A DNA stretch of 64,000 nt from positions 134,292-198,291 of the forward strand of contig JANNVQ010000049.1 of the NCBI GenBank assembly GCA_031414535.1. The letters are read 5' to 3'. The DNA comes from Gemmatimonas sp. GTDB taxonomy: Bacteria; Gemmatimonadota; Gemmatimonadetes; Gemmatimonadales; Gemmatimonadaceae. The position numbers were made by a program, and so were the translations under genes. The notes beneath the pieces were generated by a model. It was not told the origin of the DNA, did no database searches, and worked only from the letters and a program-made list of their open reading frames with translations. Below are positions 48,402-57,790 of this stretch, one piece after another. Within the stretch, counting starts at the first letter, position 1, and each line of letters opens with the position of its first letter.

Positions 48402-49382
48402 ATGCATTCATCCCCGTCTGTTCATCCAGTTCCGAGCGCCGCGGAAATCGCCGCGCTACTTGCGCCTGCCCTCGGCGCCGACCGACTCCGTCGCGAAGCG
48501 CCACTGGCTCCATACACCACGTTCCGCATCGGCGGTCCCGCTGATGTGCTGTACGATGCCACGACGGCCGACGAACTCGCTAGCGCTATCACGGCGGCGC
48601 GCGCGGGAGGCATCCCCGTCTTCGTGCTCGGCCTTGGCGCCAATATCCTGGTGGGCGATGGCGGCGTGCGGGGACTGGTTGTGCGTAATCGCGCCGATGC
48701 CATTGGAATGGACGAGGAAGGCCGAGTGCACGCCGAGAGTGGTGCGACGGTAGCCGAGTTGATTCGCCGCACTGTCGCCGCGGGTTGGTCGGGACTCGAG
48801 CACTACGTCGGCATTCCGAGCAGCGTGGGCGGGGCCGTCTGGCAGAACCTGCATTTTCTCTCGCCGGCACCTGAGCGGGAACGGACCATGTTTATTGCCG
48901 AGGTCGTGAGGGCGGTTGAGCTGCTGCTGCCGTCGGGTGCAAGGACTATCGTGGACGCGGATGAAATGGCTTTCGGCTATGACATCTCACGGCTACATGG
49001 CAGTGGCGAGATTGCATTGGCGGTGGACTTTCAACTGACCAAGGGCGACTCGTTCGCCCTGCACCGCATTCTGCAGGAGAATCTCTCTTGGCGCGGGGCG
49101 CGGCATCCCTGGCTCGAGGTGCATCCGAGTGCCGGGTCAATCTTCAAGAAAATTGAAGGCGTAGGCGCGGGCCGCTTGGTGGATCAGTGCGGGCTCAAGG
49201 GGTTTCGCATTGGCGATGCCCAGATCTCACACATCCATGCCAACATCATGGTCAACCTTGGCCATGCTCGCGCTGCCGATGTGCGCGCCCTGATCGCCCA
49301 CGCACAGGCCGCCGTCTTCGAGAAGTTCGGTCAGCGTCTGGAGCCGGAGATTGGCTTCATCGGCGAGTTTCCGGCGGCGTAA
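48402..49382 (+). CDS. murB: UDP-N-acetylenolpyruvoylglucosamine reductase
   Basis: YTTFRIGGPAD, LG.GANIL, GIPSSVGGA, PSAGSIFK, HANIMVN, LEPE. Confidence 0.94.
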   Translation: MHSSPSVHPVPSAAEIAALLAPALGADRLRREAPLAPYTTFRIGGPADVLYDATTADELASAITAARAGGIPVFVLGLGANILVGDGGVRGLVVRNRADAIGMDEEGRVHAESGATVAELIRRTVAAGWSGLEHYVGIPSSVGGAVWQNLHFLSPAPERERTMFIAEVVRAVELLLPSGARTIVDADEMAFGYDISRLHGSGEIALAVDFQLTKGDSFALHRILQENLSWRGARHPWLEVHPSAGSIFKKIEGVGAGRLVDQCGLKGFRIGDAQISHIHANIMVNLGHARAADVRALIAHAQAAVFEKFGQRLEPEIGFIGEFPAA

Positions 49383-49974
49383 CAGCCGCCGAGTCTGGTT
49401 CGAGCTCGCAGGGCAGCAGCATGAGCTGACGGCCCAGCGCGCGCAGGGCGCGAGGGACGGGTCCGCCGCGGGGTATTTCTCCGCGCTCCACGCGGCGAGA
49501 CAGTCCCCACGTGGTCTCCGTCCACCACGTGGATGTGGTGCGGTCCCGCTCCGCATCCCAGATGAGTCCGCGCTGGCCGAGACCTGAGAGTCGGCGAATG
49601 TACTCCACTCGCCCAATGCTCCCCGATGAATCCTCAGCCACGACGTAGAGCACGGCCGAGGCACCGTCGTCGAAGCGCAGGCGTACTCTCCGACGCAGTT
49701 CGTGTTCGTGCCGCGCCGGCAGGACGAAGCAGCCCGGCTGGTTCTCGGGGATGGTCGCGAGCGCCTGGCGCACGTCAAGGAAGCTGCTCAAGGGTTGCGG
49801 CAGGGTGGCGAAGGCCGCGGAATCGCCGGCCGCGGAATCAGCCACCAGTTGCTCGAATGGCGTGAGTGCGGCTTCGGCACGCGGCAACCCCTCGCAACCC
49901 ATCGCCGCGAGGACGAAGGCCGCGCACATCAGCGGCGCTAGAATCGCTGGCCGAATTCGAGGATCCATCGCCAT
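49357..49974 (-). CDS. Hypothetical lipoprotein
   Basis: Lipobox-like LAAMGC; follows the OMP gene. Confidence 0.65.
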   Translation of the reverse strand: MAMDPRIRPAILAPLMCAAFVLAAMGCEGLPRAEAALTPFEQLVADSAAGDSAAFATLPQPLSSFLDVRQALATIPENQPGCFVLPARHEHELRRRVRLRFDDGASAVLYVVAEDSSGSIGRVEYIRRLSGLGQRGLIWDAERDRTTSTWWTETTWGLSRRVERGEIPRGGPVPRALRALGRQLMLLPCELEPDSAAVTPPETRR

Positions 49975-52097
49975 TCTGCAGGATAGTCCAAGGGACGGGC
50001 CATTCCCACCCCAATCGCTTGGCCAAAGAAGCGCAGCGTCACCGCAGCAGACGAGCGCACGTGTCCGGTGGGCTGAGAGCCCAGCAGTTGTACCGTGTTC
50101 AGAGCCGCTGCGGTGCTCGCTCGCGCATACCCGGCCTGCACTCCGACTGCGAGACCTGGCGAGATCGGCGGTAACCAGACGCGCTGTGTGATACGGATCG
50201 GCGCACCCAGTAGGCCAAAGCTGTGGAAGGCCTGGCCGCGCAGCACCGCCGCTTGATCTCCAGCAAACTGCTTGTAGTCGTAACCCGGAAGGTTCTGATT
50301 GCTGCCGATTTCAAAGAACTGTTGGGGCGGCCCGTCTGGCGTTACCGCGCCGACATCCAGCCGCGCGCCAAAGACGAGACCTCGAAGGTTGACGCGTGAC
50401 GTGAACCGTGCCTCCACGCGTTGATAGCGCAGCTGGCCATCGGCACGCTCGTAGATGAGTCGGGTACCGACTCCGGGGCGCAAAAATTCGAGTGCAACGT
50501 CGGGACGCCATTCCAGCGTGAGGACCGATCGCGCGTAGTCGCCGGCGGTGACGGCGCGATTCGGGCGAAACGGTTGGCCAAGTCCAATTGGACTTTCGAG
50601 CATGGTCACGCGTGCGGCGCGGTCTTGCGCGGCGGCCAACTCAACGCGCACGAGTCCGTCTCGGTCACGGCCGATGAATCGTTGCGCGAGGATACCGGCG
50701 CTTCGACGATCCACATAGTCGTACCAGTCGCTACCCCAGAAGGCTGCGGTAGTTGACCCGGAATCGTAGGGGCTGCGGAAATCGTTGGTAAGATCGAGCG
50801 AACGCACAGCGCGAAGCTGCGTGAGGTTACGTCCGCGGCGGTGCTCCACAATGGCGCGGCCGCGCAGGGTGCGCTCGCCCCAGGAGTATCCAAGGGCACC
50901 GCGGAGGGCTAAGCCCGGCGCCGCATCGCGGTAGCGATACACCGCGCCGAGTCCCGTGAATAGGCCTTGGATCCGATCCATGCGCACCACGTCGAGCAAA
51001 CGTTCCGTCTCGATGGAGAAGCGCGGCGGCCCCTCGCTGCTCCACTGATCAGGCGCGATGTCGTCGAAATCCTCGGCGCGCACCTCAGCGTTTTCCGATC
51101 CGAGCTCCCGACGCCACTTGGTGAAGCGCGAGAGCGTATCTGGCGCTTCAACCCTCAGACGAAAAGGTCGCACGGAAAGCGAGTCGTCCCCCGCACCGAC
51201 GATGACGCCCTCGGGCGCGGGGAGTATTTCGCGATCCCGGTATCGGGTGATGATGCGGAAGATGGCGCGGCTGTCGCCGACCGTGTTGGACGTGGCGTGC
51301 GCTTCAAATCGCTGGTACGCGGGCAGCCAGAAGTTGCCGTCTACCTCTGCGTTGACGGCTTCCACAAATGCGATGCCCTGCAAGCGGGCTTCGCGCAGGA
51401 TATCGAAGCGAGGCTTCGGGCCACCGACCACCGCAAAGTAGCCGCGCATTCGCACGAGCTGTTTGCGCGTCGCATCGAGATCGAGTTCGCCAACGAAGAC
51501 CACGCTGCGGTTCGGCACGTCGTCGCGCAGTTGTACATCCAACCGCACGATGGGGATTTCCCGACCGTCTACGCGCATCGTGAAAATGGTATCTCCGCCG
51601 CTAAAGCGATAATACGCGTCGCGGTCGGCGGCGAGCGGATGGATTGCGTACTGCGGGTCGCCCCCGCGGCGGTCGCGACGGCGTCTTGTGGATTGGGTCG
51701 TGTCGCGACCAAAGAGCAAGGCAAGGCGATTGCCGTACAGCGATGGAATGGCCCAGCCGGCGCGGAAAAATCCAAGCGTTGCGATGCTCGTGCCAACAGA
51801 CTGCGAGCGATAGCCGATCACCGTTTGCTCGTACTGGCCGGTGCGATCCCAACTCAGGCGACTGGCTATCTGCTCGAGCTGCACGGACATCTCCATGCGC
51901 TCGGATCGGCGATTGCCGATCGAGATTTCGGTTTCCAGATCCGCGGTATAGCCACCAAGCTGCGCGGGAACGCGGCGGTTTGCTTCGGCGGCTTCCGCGA
52001 CGAGTGCGCGCAGCGCTGCATTTTCGTAACACGCGGTGTCCTGCACCACTGGCGTGGTGTCGGCGAGCGCGGCGAGGAGGGCGAGAAGCGGAAGCAA
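49938..52097 (-). CDS. Probable outer-membrane beta-barrel protein (Omp85-like C-terminus)
   Basis: Amphipathic strands, LPGYDYKQFAGD loop, terminal EFGQRF. Confidence 0.7.
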   Translation of the reverse strand: MLPLLALLAALADTTPVVQDTACYENAALRALVAEAAEANRRVPAQLGGYTADLETEISIGNRRSERMEMSVQLEQIASRLSWDRTGQYEQTVIGYRSQSVGTSIATLGFFRAGWAIPSLYGNRLALLFGRDTTQSTRRRRDRRGGDPQYAIHPLAADRDAYYRFSGGDTIFTMRVDGREIPIVRLDVQLRDDVPNRSVVFVGELDLDATRKQLVRMRGYFAVVGGPKPRFDILREARLQGIAFVEAVNAEVDGNFWLPAYQRFEAHATSNTVGDSRAIFRIITRYRDREILPAPEGVIVGAGDDSLSVRPFRLRVEAPDTLSRFTKWRRELGSENAEVRAEDFDDIAPDQWSSEGPPRFSIETERLLDVVRMDRIQGLFTGLGAVYRYRDAAPGLALRGALGYSWGERTLRGRAIVEHRRGRNLTQLRAVRSLDLTNDFRSPYDSGSTTAAFWGSDWYDYVDRRSAGILAQRFIGRDRDGLVRVELAAAQDRAARVTMLESPIGLGQPFRPNRAVTAGDYARSVLTLEWRPDVALEFLRPGVGTRLIYERADGQLRYQRVEARFTSRVNLRGLVFGARLDVGAVTPDGPPQQFFEIGSNQNLPGYDYKQFAGDQAAVLRGQAFHSFGLLGAPIRITQRVWLPPISPGLAVGVQAGYARASTAAALNTVQLLGSQPTGHVRSSAAVTLRFFGQAIGVGMARPLDYPAEWRWILEFGQRF

Positions 52098-52199
52098 GCG
52101 ACGGTTGGGGTGCAGAGGAGGAAACAGGACAATACGTCAGCGACCGCGAATTCTGGAGTGCGCTTGTGCTTACCCCTGAGACGGCACAATCTTGCCGCC

Positions 52200-53663
52200 G
52201 TGTCTAGCACCTCTTCTTCCGCCGCCGCCCCGCCCCGGACACTGCCCCTGCTTGCAGGGCCAGTCGCCTTCGTGTTTTTCCGTCTCTTGGCCCCCGGGGA
52301 ACTGGACGCGGCACAGGCCACCGTGCTGGGAGTCGGCGCGTGGATGGCCATCTGGTGGATCAGCGAGTGTCTTCCGCTTGCGGTGACCGCGCTCTTGCCG
52401 ATTGCGCTCTTCCCAGCCCTTGGCGCGACGACGGCGCGCGAAGCGACGGCGCCGTTCGCCAACGATGTCGTGTTCTTGTATCTCGGTGGGTTTCTTCTCG
52501 CCGAAGCCCTGCAGTTCTGGCGCGCGCACGAGCGGATTGCCTTTGGCGTAATTCTGCGCGTGGGCACCGATTCGCGGCGTCTCGTGCTCGGCGTGATGAT
52601 TGCGACCGCGTTTATCTCGATGTGGATCTCCAACACCGCCACGGCCGCGATGATGTATCCAATTGCGCTCGCGATTGGAGCGCGCTTTGGCGACAGTGAG
52701 GCGGCGCGGAGTCAGCGCGTAGCGCTGCTCTTGGGCGTGGCCTTTTCGGCAAGCATCGGCGGTATGGCGACGCTCATCGGCACCCCGCCGAACCTTATTC
52801 TTGCTGGTGCGGCCCGCGAACTGATTGGCGTCGAACTAGGATTTTTTAGCTTCCTTAAGTTCGGCTTGCCGATTGCGTTGATTTTGCTGCCCGCCTGCTG
52901 GTTTTTGTTGGTATTCGTATTTCATCGGGAGCGCCTTTCGCTTGGCGCCGACGGCGTCTCCTCCCTGCGTGACCAGCAACGGGCACTCGGCGCGATGTCA
53001 CCGGGCGAGCGTCGGGTGCTCATGGTTTTTGTTGGCATGGCTTTGGCGTGGTTCTTTCGCGAGCCGAAGGCGATTGGCAGCTTGCACGTGTTCGGGCTGA
53101 CCAGCTTGGTGCCGGGTCTCACCGACGCCGGCATCGCCATCATCGGCGGAATTTCCCTTTTTCTTGTCCAGGGACGTAGCTCCCACGCGGAGGCATCGAG
53201 GCCCTTGTTGACGTGGCGGGAAGCTCGCGAGATTCCCTGGGATGTTCTGCTGCTCTTCGGCGGCGGTCTCTCGCTCGCCGCAGCAATGGAGTCGAGCGGA
53301 CTCGCGACCCGCATCGGTGAGTGGATGAGCGGGCTCGCGGGCTTGCCGCTTCCGCTCGTTTTGCTTGGCGTGGCTACGGTGACGGTGATTGTCTCTGAGC
53401 TCGCGTCAAACGCGGCAACCGCGTCCATGGGGATGCCGATCGCCGTTGCCTTGGCCGCCGCGCTCGGCCAGCCGCCCATGCTCATGATGCTCACCATCGG
53501 CTTGGCGGCGTCCGTGGGCTTTGCGCTACCGATGGCAACGCCTCCGAATGCCATTGTTTTCGGGAGCGGCGCCGTGACGGTTCGGCAAATGGCTCGTGCG
53601 GGCCTGGCGCTCGACCTCGTGGCAATTCTCACTGTAGTTGGTGTGCTTCTTGTGGTCTTTTAG
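52200..53663 (+). CDS. DASS/SLC13 sodium:anion symporter
   Basis: WWISE..P...TALLP, SMWISNTAT, GG..T.IGTPPN, PMATPPNAIVFGSG. Confidence 0.94.
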   Translation: MSSTSSSAAAPPRTLPLLAGPVAFVFFRLLAPGELDAAQATVLGVGAWMAIWWISECLPLAVTALLPIALFPALGATTAREATAPFANDVVFLYLGGFLLAEALQFWRAHERIAFGVILRVGTDSRRLVLGVMIATAFISMWISNTATAAMMYPIALAIGARFGDSEAARSQRVALLLGVAFSASIGGMATLIGTPPNLILAGAARELIGVELGFFSFLKFGLPIALILLPACWFLLVFVFHRERLSLGADGVSSLRDQQRALGAMSPGERRVLMVFVGMALAWFFREPKAIGSLHVFGLTSLVPGLTDAGIAIIGGISLFLVQGRSSHAEASRPLLTWREAREIPWDVLLLFGGGLSLAAAMESSGLATRIGEWMSGLAGLPLPLVLLGVATVTVIVSELASNAATASMGMPIAVALAAALGQPPMLMMLTIGLAASVGFALPMATPPNAIVFGSGAVTVRQMARAGLALDLVAILTVVGVLLVVF

Positions 53664-54185
53664 ATGAGTGAGCTGCGGACGTACTCATTTATTGCGGACA
53701 CCGATTCCCTCGAGGCGCTCCGGCGCCTGCGAGGAGGCTGGGCCGCTTGGGAGATGGCCGAGGGTGAGTTTCGGGTCCGGCTGCGGGATGGGGGCACGGT
53801 CCGAGCGCATGTGGATCGCGCGGAGATTGAACCGGATTTTGAGGTGTCCTGCCTCGTGGCTGATTTCTTTGCCAACGAGGAGGCGCTTCCTGCGCGCGAT
53901 TCCGCGTTCACCTCGCACGGGAATGATGTCGTCGTGTTTCGCGGAGTCACCTGGGTGGAGCCACGCCCGGATCTCGGTCCCAGCCACAGCATTCAGTTCA
54001 GCGGCATTCCCGGCATTGAGGTCCCCGACTCGGCCGTTGCACGATGCGACTTCACTGATGCCTTCGCGGTCGCCTCTGACCAAGGCGCGATTGTTGTGCG
54101 AATTGCTCTGCGTCCAGGCTGGTTAGAGCTAGTTGACGATCCGGAGGAGGTGACGAAGTTTTTTGCTCTCCGGGGTTACACATGA
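53664..54185 (+). CDS. Hypothetical protein
   Basis: Abuts the DASS stop; ATGA overlap with tag. Confidence 0.65.
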   Translation: MSELRTYSFIADTDSLEALRRLRGGWAAWEMAEGEFRVRLRDGGTVRAHVDRAEIEPDFEVSCLVADFFANEEALPARDSAFTSHGNDVVVFRGVTWVEPRPDLGPSHSIQFSGIPGIEVPDSAVARCDFTDAFAVASDQGAIVVRIALRPGWLELVDDPEEVTKFFALRGYT

Positions 54186-54817
54186 CTCTGGGTAACAAAG
54201 ACTTACAGACCGATGATGTCGGTATAAAGCGCTGTTGGTGGTGCGGTGATGACCCACTTTATGTTCGTTATCACGACATGGAGTGGGGTGTACCTGTGAC
54301 AGACGACAGACGTCTTTTTGAAAAACTTGCGCTTGAGGGTTTTCAATCGGGCCTGTCCTGGATCACCATTCTGCGGAAACGTGAGAGGTTTCGTGAGGTT
54401 TTCGCGGATTTTCACCCGCTTGCGGTTGCCGACTTCAATGCGAAGGACGTGGCAAGGCTACTTGCTGATCCTGGCATCATTAGGCATCGAGGCAAGATCG
54501 AGGCGGTAATCTCAAACGCCCGTGCGTTTGCCGAGCTTGTAGCCCGCGAGGGTTCGCTCGGCAATTTCGTTTGGCAGCACGCGCCAAGTAGACTGGCGGC
54601 CCCCAAGCGGCGGACCGACGTACCAAGTCAGACCGCCGAGTCGCTCGCCTTCTCGCGCGAACTCAAGCGACGTGGTTGGCGTTTTGTCGGTCCGACCACG
54701 GCTTATGCTTTCTTTCAATCCATGGGCATCGTCAACGATCACCTGGTTGGATGCCAGCGTCGCAAGGATGTCGGGGAATTACGTGCGGCAGCCCTTAAAA
54801 ACTCAGCCGCTGACTAG
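54182..54817 (+). CDS. tag: DNA-3-methyladenine glycosylase I
   Basis: RCWW, YHDMEWG, LEGFQSGLSW.TIL.KR, IIRHRGKI, FVGPTT, VNDH...C. Confidence 0.96.
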   Translation: MTLGNKDLQTDDVGIKRCWWCGDDPLYVRYHDMEWGVPVTDDRRLFEKLALEGFQSGLSWITILRKRERFREVFADFHPLAVADFNAKDVARLLADPGIIRHRGKIEAVISNARAFAELVAREGSLGNFVWQHAPSRLAAPKRRTDVPSQTAESLAFSRELKRRGWRFVGPTTAYAFFQSMGIVNDHLVGCQRRKDVGELRAAALKNSAAD

Positions 54818-55315
54818 AATTTCTAGCGCTTCCTTGGCGTGTTGCCGGAGCCGGAGATCGCCCAGCCGCAGCGCATCAATGACCGTGAGCACCCGGTAGG
54901 TCACGGGGTCATGCTCCCTGAGTAGCGAGGCTCTGGGAAACAATGGCGTGAGGCTGAAGCCGCGGACGCCGTCCGTGACTTTTGGTGCCGGCCACACAAC
55001 GACATCAACGGCGTCAACCACGGAGCTCAGCGGAGCCGCTGAGTAGGCGGTGGGCACGCCGGTTGTGAGAGGGCCTCGCTGCGCAGGGAATGCGTACCGG
55101 ATTCCGCCCATCAGAAATTCGAGTAAAGCCCGTGGATTCGTGGCTCTTTTCTCAGTCTTCATGAGGCCAGCAAGCTCCAGCCTGCCCAAGGCCGCATGCA
55201 CCTGGCTCGGCGCGGACGCTAGGTCATCTGCGATGGACGCAAGTGTGCCTGCCGGCCGTAACAGTCGCACGGCAACCACTACATCAAAGGGTTTTGTTTG
55301 CGCGGCTCTTGGCAC
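54803..55315 (-). CDS. HTH protein resembling antitoxin-like partners of nucleotidyltransferase toxins (orphan)
   Basis: KP.DVVV, SQVHAAL.RL, ALLEFL..GIRYAFP, GVPTA, VWP, PLFP, IDALRLG; family recognised from memory. Confidence 0.6.
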   Translation of the reverse strand: MPRAAQTKPFDVVVAVRLLRPAGTLASIADDLASAPSQVHAALGRLELAGLMKTEKRATNPRALLEFLMGGIRYAFPAQRGPLTTGVPTAYSAAPLSSVVDAVDVVVWPAPKVTDGVRGFSLTPLFPRASLLREHDPVTYRVLTVIDALRLGDLRLRQHAKEALEILVSG

Positions 55316-55319
55316 CCTG

Positions 55320-55349
55320 TATTCTGGTTTCAGGAATAACGAAAGTCAA
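55320..55349 (-). promoter_or_regulatory. Leaderless-type promoter with an overlapping inverted repeat
   Basis: Minus strand TTGACT-N17-CAGAAT, 5 nt before GTG; TATTC-N9-GAATA at 55320-55338. Confidence 0.6.
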
Positions 55350-55363
55350 TGTAATGAAAAGCG

Positions 55364-56362
55364 CTAGTTAGCGCTCTTCGTCTCCGCCTTATCGGCTGCC
55401 CAGCTCGCGATTCCGCCGCCAATGAGAACCGCAAAAATGATCCCGAGCAACCAGAAGTTCGTGTCATCGCCAAGCCATTCTTTAATCCACTTCATTGTAA
55501 GCATTTTTACGCCAACGATTCCGAGTACCAATGCGAGCGAGACTTTGAGGTACCGGAACTTCTCAATCAGCCCGGCAAGGCCGAAGTAGAGGCTGCGTAG
55601 GCACAGGATTGCAAATACGTTCGAAGTGAAGACCAGAAACGGGTCAGCTGTGATGGCAAAGATTGCAGGAATTGAGTCCACAGCGAAAATCAGGTCCGTG
55701 GTCTCCACCAACACCAAGGCCACTGCCAGCGGCGTCAAAAAGGTTCGGCCATTCATCTCCACGAGGAAGTGGCTGTCGTGGTAACGGTCGGTCACTGGGA
55801 AGTGCTTACGAAGCCAGCGGACAACAACGCTCTCCATTTCGGCCTCGGCTTCCTCCTCCTTACGCCAAAGCATCCGCAAGGCAGTGATGACCAAGAAAGC
55901 ACCGAAGAGGTAAAGCACCCAGTGGTAGCGTGCCACAAGCTGGGCCCCAATTCCAATCATCAAACCGCGCATACCGAGCGCGCCGAGAATGCCCCAGAAC
56001 AGCACGCGGTGCTGGTAGACCGCCGGCACCTTCAGGTGCTGGAAGATCAGGGCAATGACAAAGACGTTGTCCATGCTTAGGGACAACTCCACCACATAGC
56101 CCGTCAGGAACTTGATGGACGCGAGGCGTCCATCGTTCACTTGTTTATCTACGGCGTCCACGGCTGCGCCGAGGCCAAGCCAGTGGCCATCGTAGGCGAA
56201 CTTGATGAATACCGTGAACAGGAGCGCCATCACCACCGTCCCGGCGGTGAATAGCAGCGCTTCTTTTAATGAAGGGGCGTGCGCTTTGCGGTTGAACACC
56301 CCAAGGTCCAGGGCCAGCACGACTCCCACAAACAACAGGAACCCAATCCACATCCAAATCAC
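55364..56362 (-). CDS. TerC/Alx-family membrane protein
   Basis: LSLSMDNVFV, QHRVLFWGILGA..MR, ETTDLIFAVDSIPA, TSNVFAIL.LRSLYF. Confidence 0.95.
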   Translation of the reverse strand: MIWMWIGFLLFVGVVLALDLGVFNRKAHAPSLKEALLFTAGTVVMALLFTVFIKFAYDGHWLGLGAAVDAVDKQVNDGRLASIKFLTGYVVELSLSMDNVFVIALIFQHLKVPAVYQHRVLFWGILGALGMRGLMIGIGAQLVARYHWVLYLFGAFLVITALRMLWRKEEEAEAEMESVVVRWLRKHFPVTDRYHDSHFLVEMNGRTFLTPLAVALVLVETTDLIFAVDSIPAIFAITADPFLVFTSNVFAILCLRSLYFGLAGLIEKFRYLKVSLALVLGIVGVKMLTMKWIKEWLGDDTNFWLLGIIFAVLIGGGIASWAADKAETKSAN

Positions 56363-56718
56363 GCGTTACGCTCCGAGGCCAACCAGGCCTTCCACTCGTC
56401 TTCGGCAAGTCCTACAGTGAGCTTCGTACCCCAGCGAGTCAGCGGCTGCACGAGCACTAGGGGTTCATCCACCAAAATCTCCGTCCAGCGCTCGTCTCCG
56501 TAGCGCGACGCGCCGAGTCCGAGGGCCTGATAACGCTTTGAGGCTTTATCGATCAGAGCCGTCAAGCCAAACTTCTGCACGAAGCGTTGCAACTCTCCCT
56601 TGCTCGCGCCGCGTTCATTAAAGTCTACGAAGTGCACTTTTACGCGGCGTTCGCTCCAGAACCGCAGAGCTCGACGCGTGTCTTGGTTCTTGTTGGTCCC
56701 AAAAACCTGCACTTCCAC
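56359..56718 (-). CDS. ArsC/Spx-family protein, cysteine-less
   Basis: QVFGT.K..DTRRA.RFW.ER, SKGEL, P.....P, TVG....W. Confidence 0.85.
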   Translation of the reverse strand: MEVQVFGTNKNQDTRRALRFWSERRVKVHFVDFNERGASKGELQRFVQKFGLTALIDKASKRYQALGLGASRYGDERWTEILVDEPLVLVQPLTRWGTKLTVGLAEDEWKAWLASERNA

Positions 56719-56793
56719 GAGATATCCCCCTGATATTCCAAGCGCGAACCAGATCGGTTCGCGCGTCGGTTCGCGTAATCTACCGGTTCAGTA

Positions 56794-57774
56794 GTGTCAG
56801 ACCAATTGCCGTTTCGTCCCGCGTGGTGGCTTCCGGGCCCGCACTTGCCGACCGTCTTTGGCAAGTTGATGCGCCGTATTCCGCCCGCACACCAGCGCCT
56901 CGAGCGTTGGACCACCCCAGATGGCGATTCGGTAGCCGTGGCGCGTCTCGACTCAGCGCGCCCCGACGCGCCCATTCTCACGGTGTTTCATGGGCTCGAG
57001 GGCAGCGTCCACTCAAACTACGCACAAGGGCTGATGCACCATGCTCGTGCGCGTGGCTGGGGTGCCGCCATGCTCATCTGGCGCAGTTGTGACGGGCGAG
57101 TTCCGTCTATGCCACGGATGTATCACTCCGGCGAGACCAGCGACGCAGATTTTTTCTTTCGGAAGCTCGCCGCCGAACACCCACGCTCGCCTCTGTTGGC
57201 CACCGGTTTCTCGCTCGGCGGGAACGTGCTGCTCAAATGGCTGGGAGAGCAGGGATCTTCGGTTCCGACGACCCTGCGAGCCGCCGCCGCTGTCTCCACG
57301 CCGTTCGACCTAGCCGCTGGTGCTCGGCACCTCGAGCAGGGATTCTCGCGCGCCTACGTGTGGCACTTTGTCCGCGCCCTTCGAAGGAAGGCGCGTTTGG
57401 CTCTGGCGAGTCACCCCAATCTTCCGGTGGACCGCGCTCGGCTTGAGGCTGCCCGCTCATTCTGGGATTTTGATGACTGTTTCACTGCTCCGGTGCATGG
57501 TTTCCGCGACGCCGAGGATTACTACTCCCGATCGAGTTCCTTGACCTACCTCGGGAACGTTCGGGTGCCAGCTCTCCTTTACTCTGCTGTTGATGATCCC
57601 TTCCTACCGGCAGCAGTACTGGACAAGGTCCGACTAACAGCGCTTTCCAATCCGGCCCTCCAACCGCAGTTTACCCCGCGGGGTGGGCACGTGGGCTGGG
57701 TGAGCGGAAGCCCCCTCTCGCCCGTATATCATATGGAAGCGTTTGTGGCCTCTTGGCTCAGTCGCTTCTTGTAG
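56794..57774 (+). CDS. YheT-family alpha/beta hydrolase
   Basis: HGLEGS, YHSGET.D, GFSLGGN, FDD..TAP.HGF, DDPF, GGHVG. Confidence 0.92.
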   Translation: MSDQLPFRPAWWLPGPHLPTVFGKLMRRIPPAHQRLERWTTPDGDSVAVARLDSARPDAPILTVFHGLEGSVHSNYAQGLMHHARARGWGAAMLIWRSCDGRVPSMPRMYHSGETSDADFFFRKLAAEHPRSPLLATGFSLGGNVLLKWLGEQGSSVPTTLRAAAAVSTPFDLAAGARHLEQGFSRAYVWHFVRALRRKARLALASHPNLPVDRARLEAARSFWDFDDCFTAPVHGFRDAEDYYSRSSSLTYLGNVRVPALLYSAVDDPFLPAAVLDKVRLTALSNPALQPQFTPRGGHVGWVSGSPLSPVYHMEAFVASWLSRFL

Positions 57775-57790
57775 TTGCGATTAAGATTCC

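Noticed and set aside
50967..52199. N-terminal 411 aa of the 898-aa ORF, an apparent large DASS fusion
   Set aside because: It is antisense to the OMP gene. DASS homology starts near GTG 52200. Stop-free shadow frames are common at high GC.
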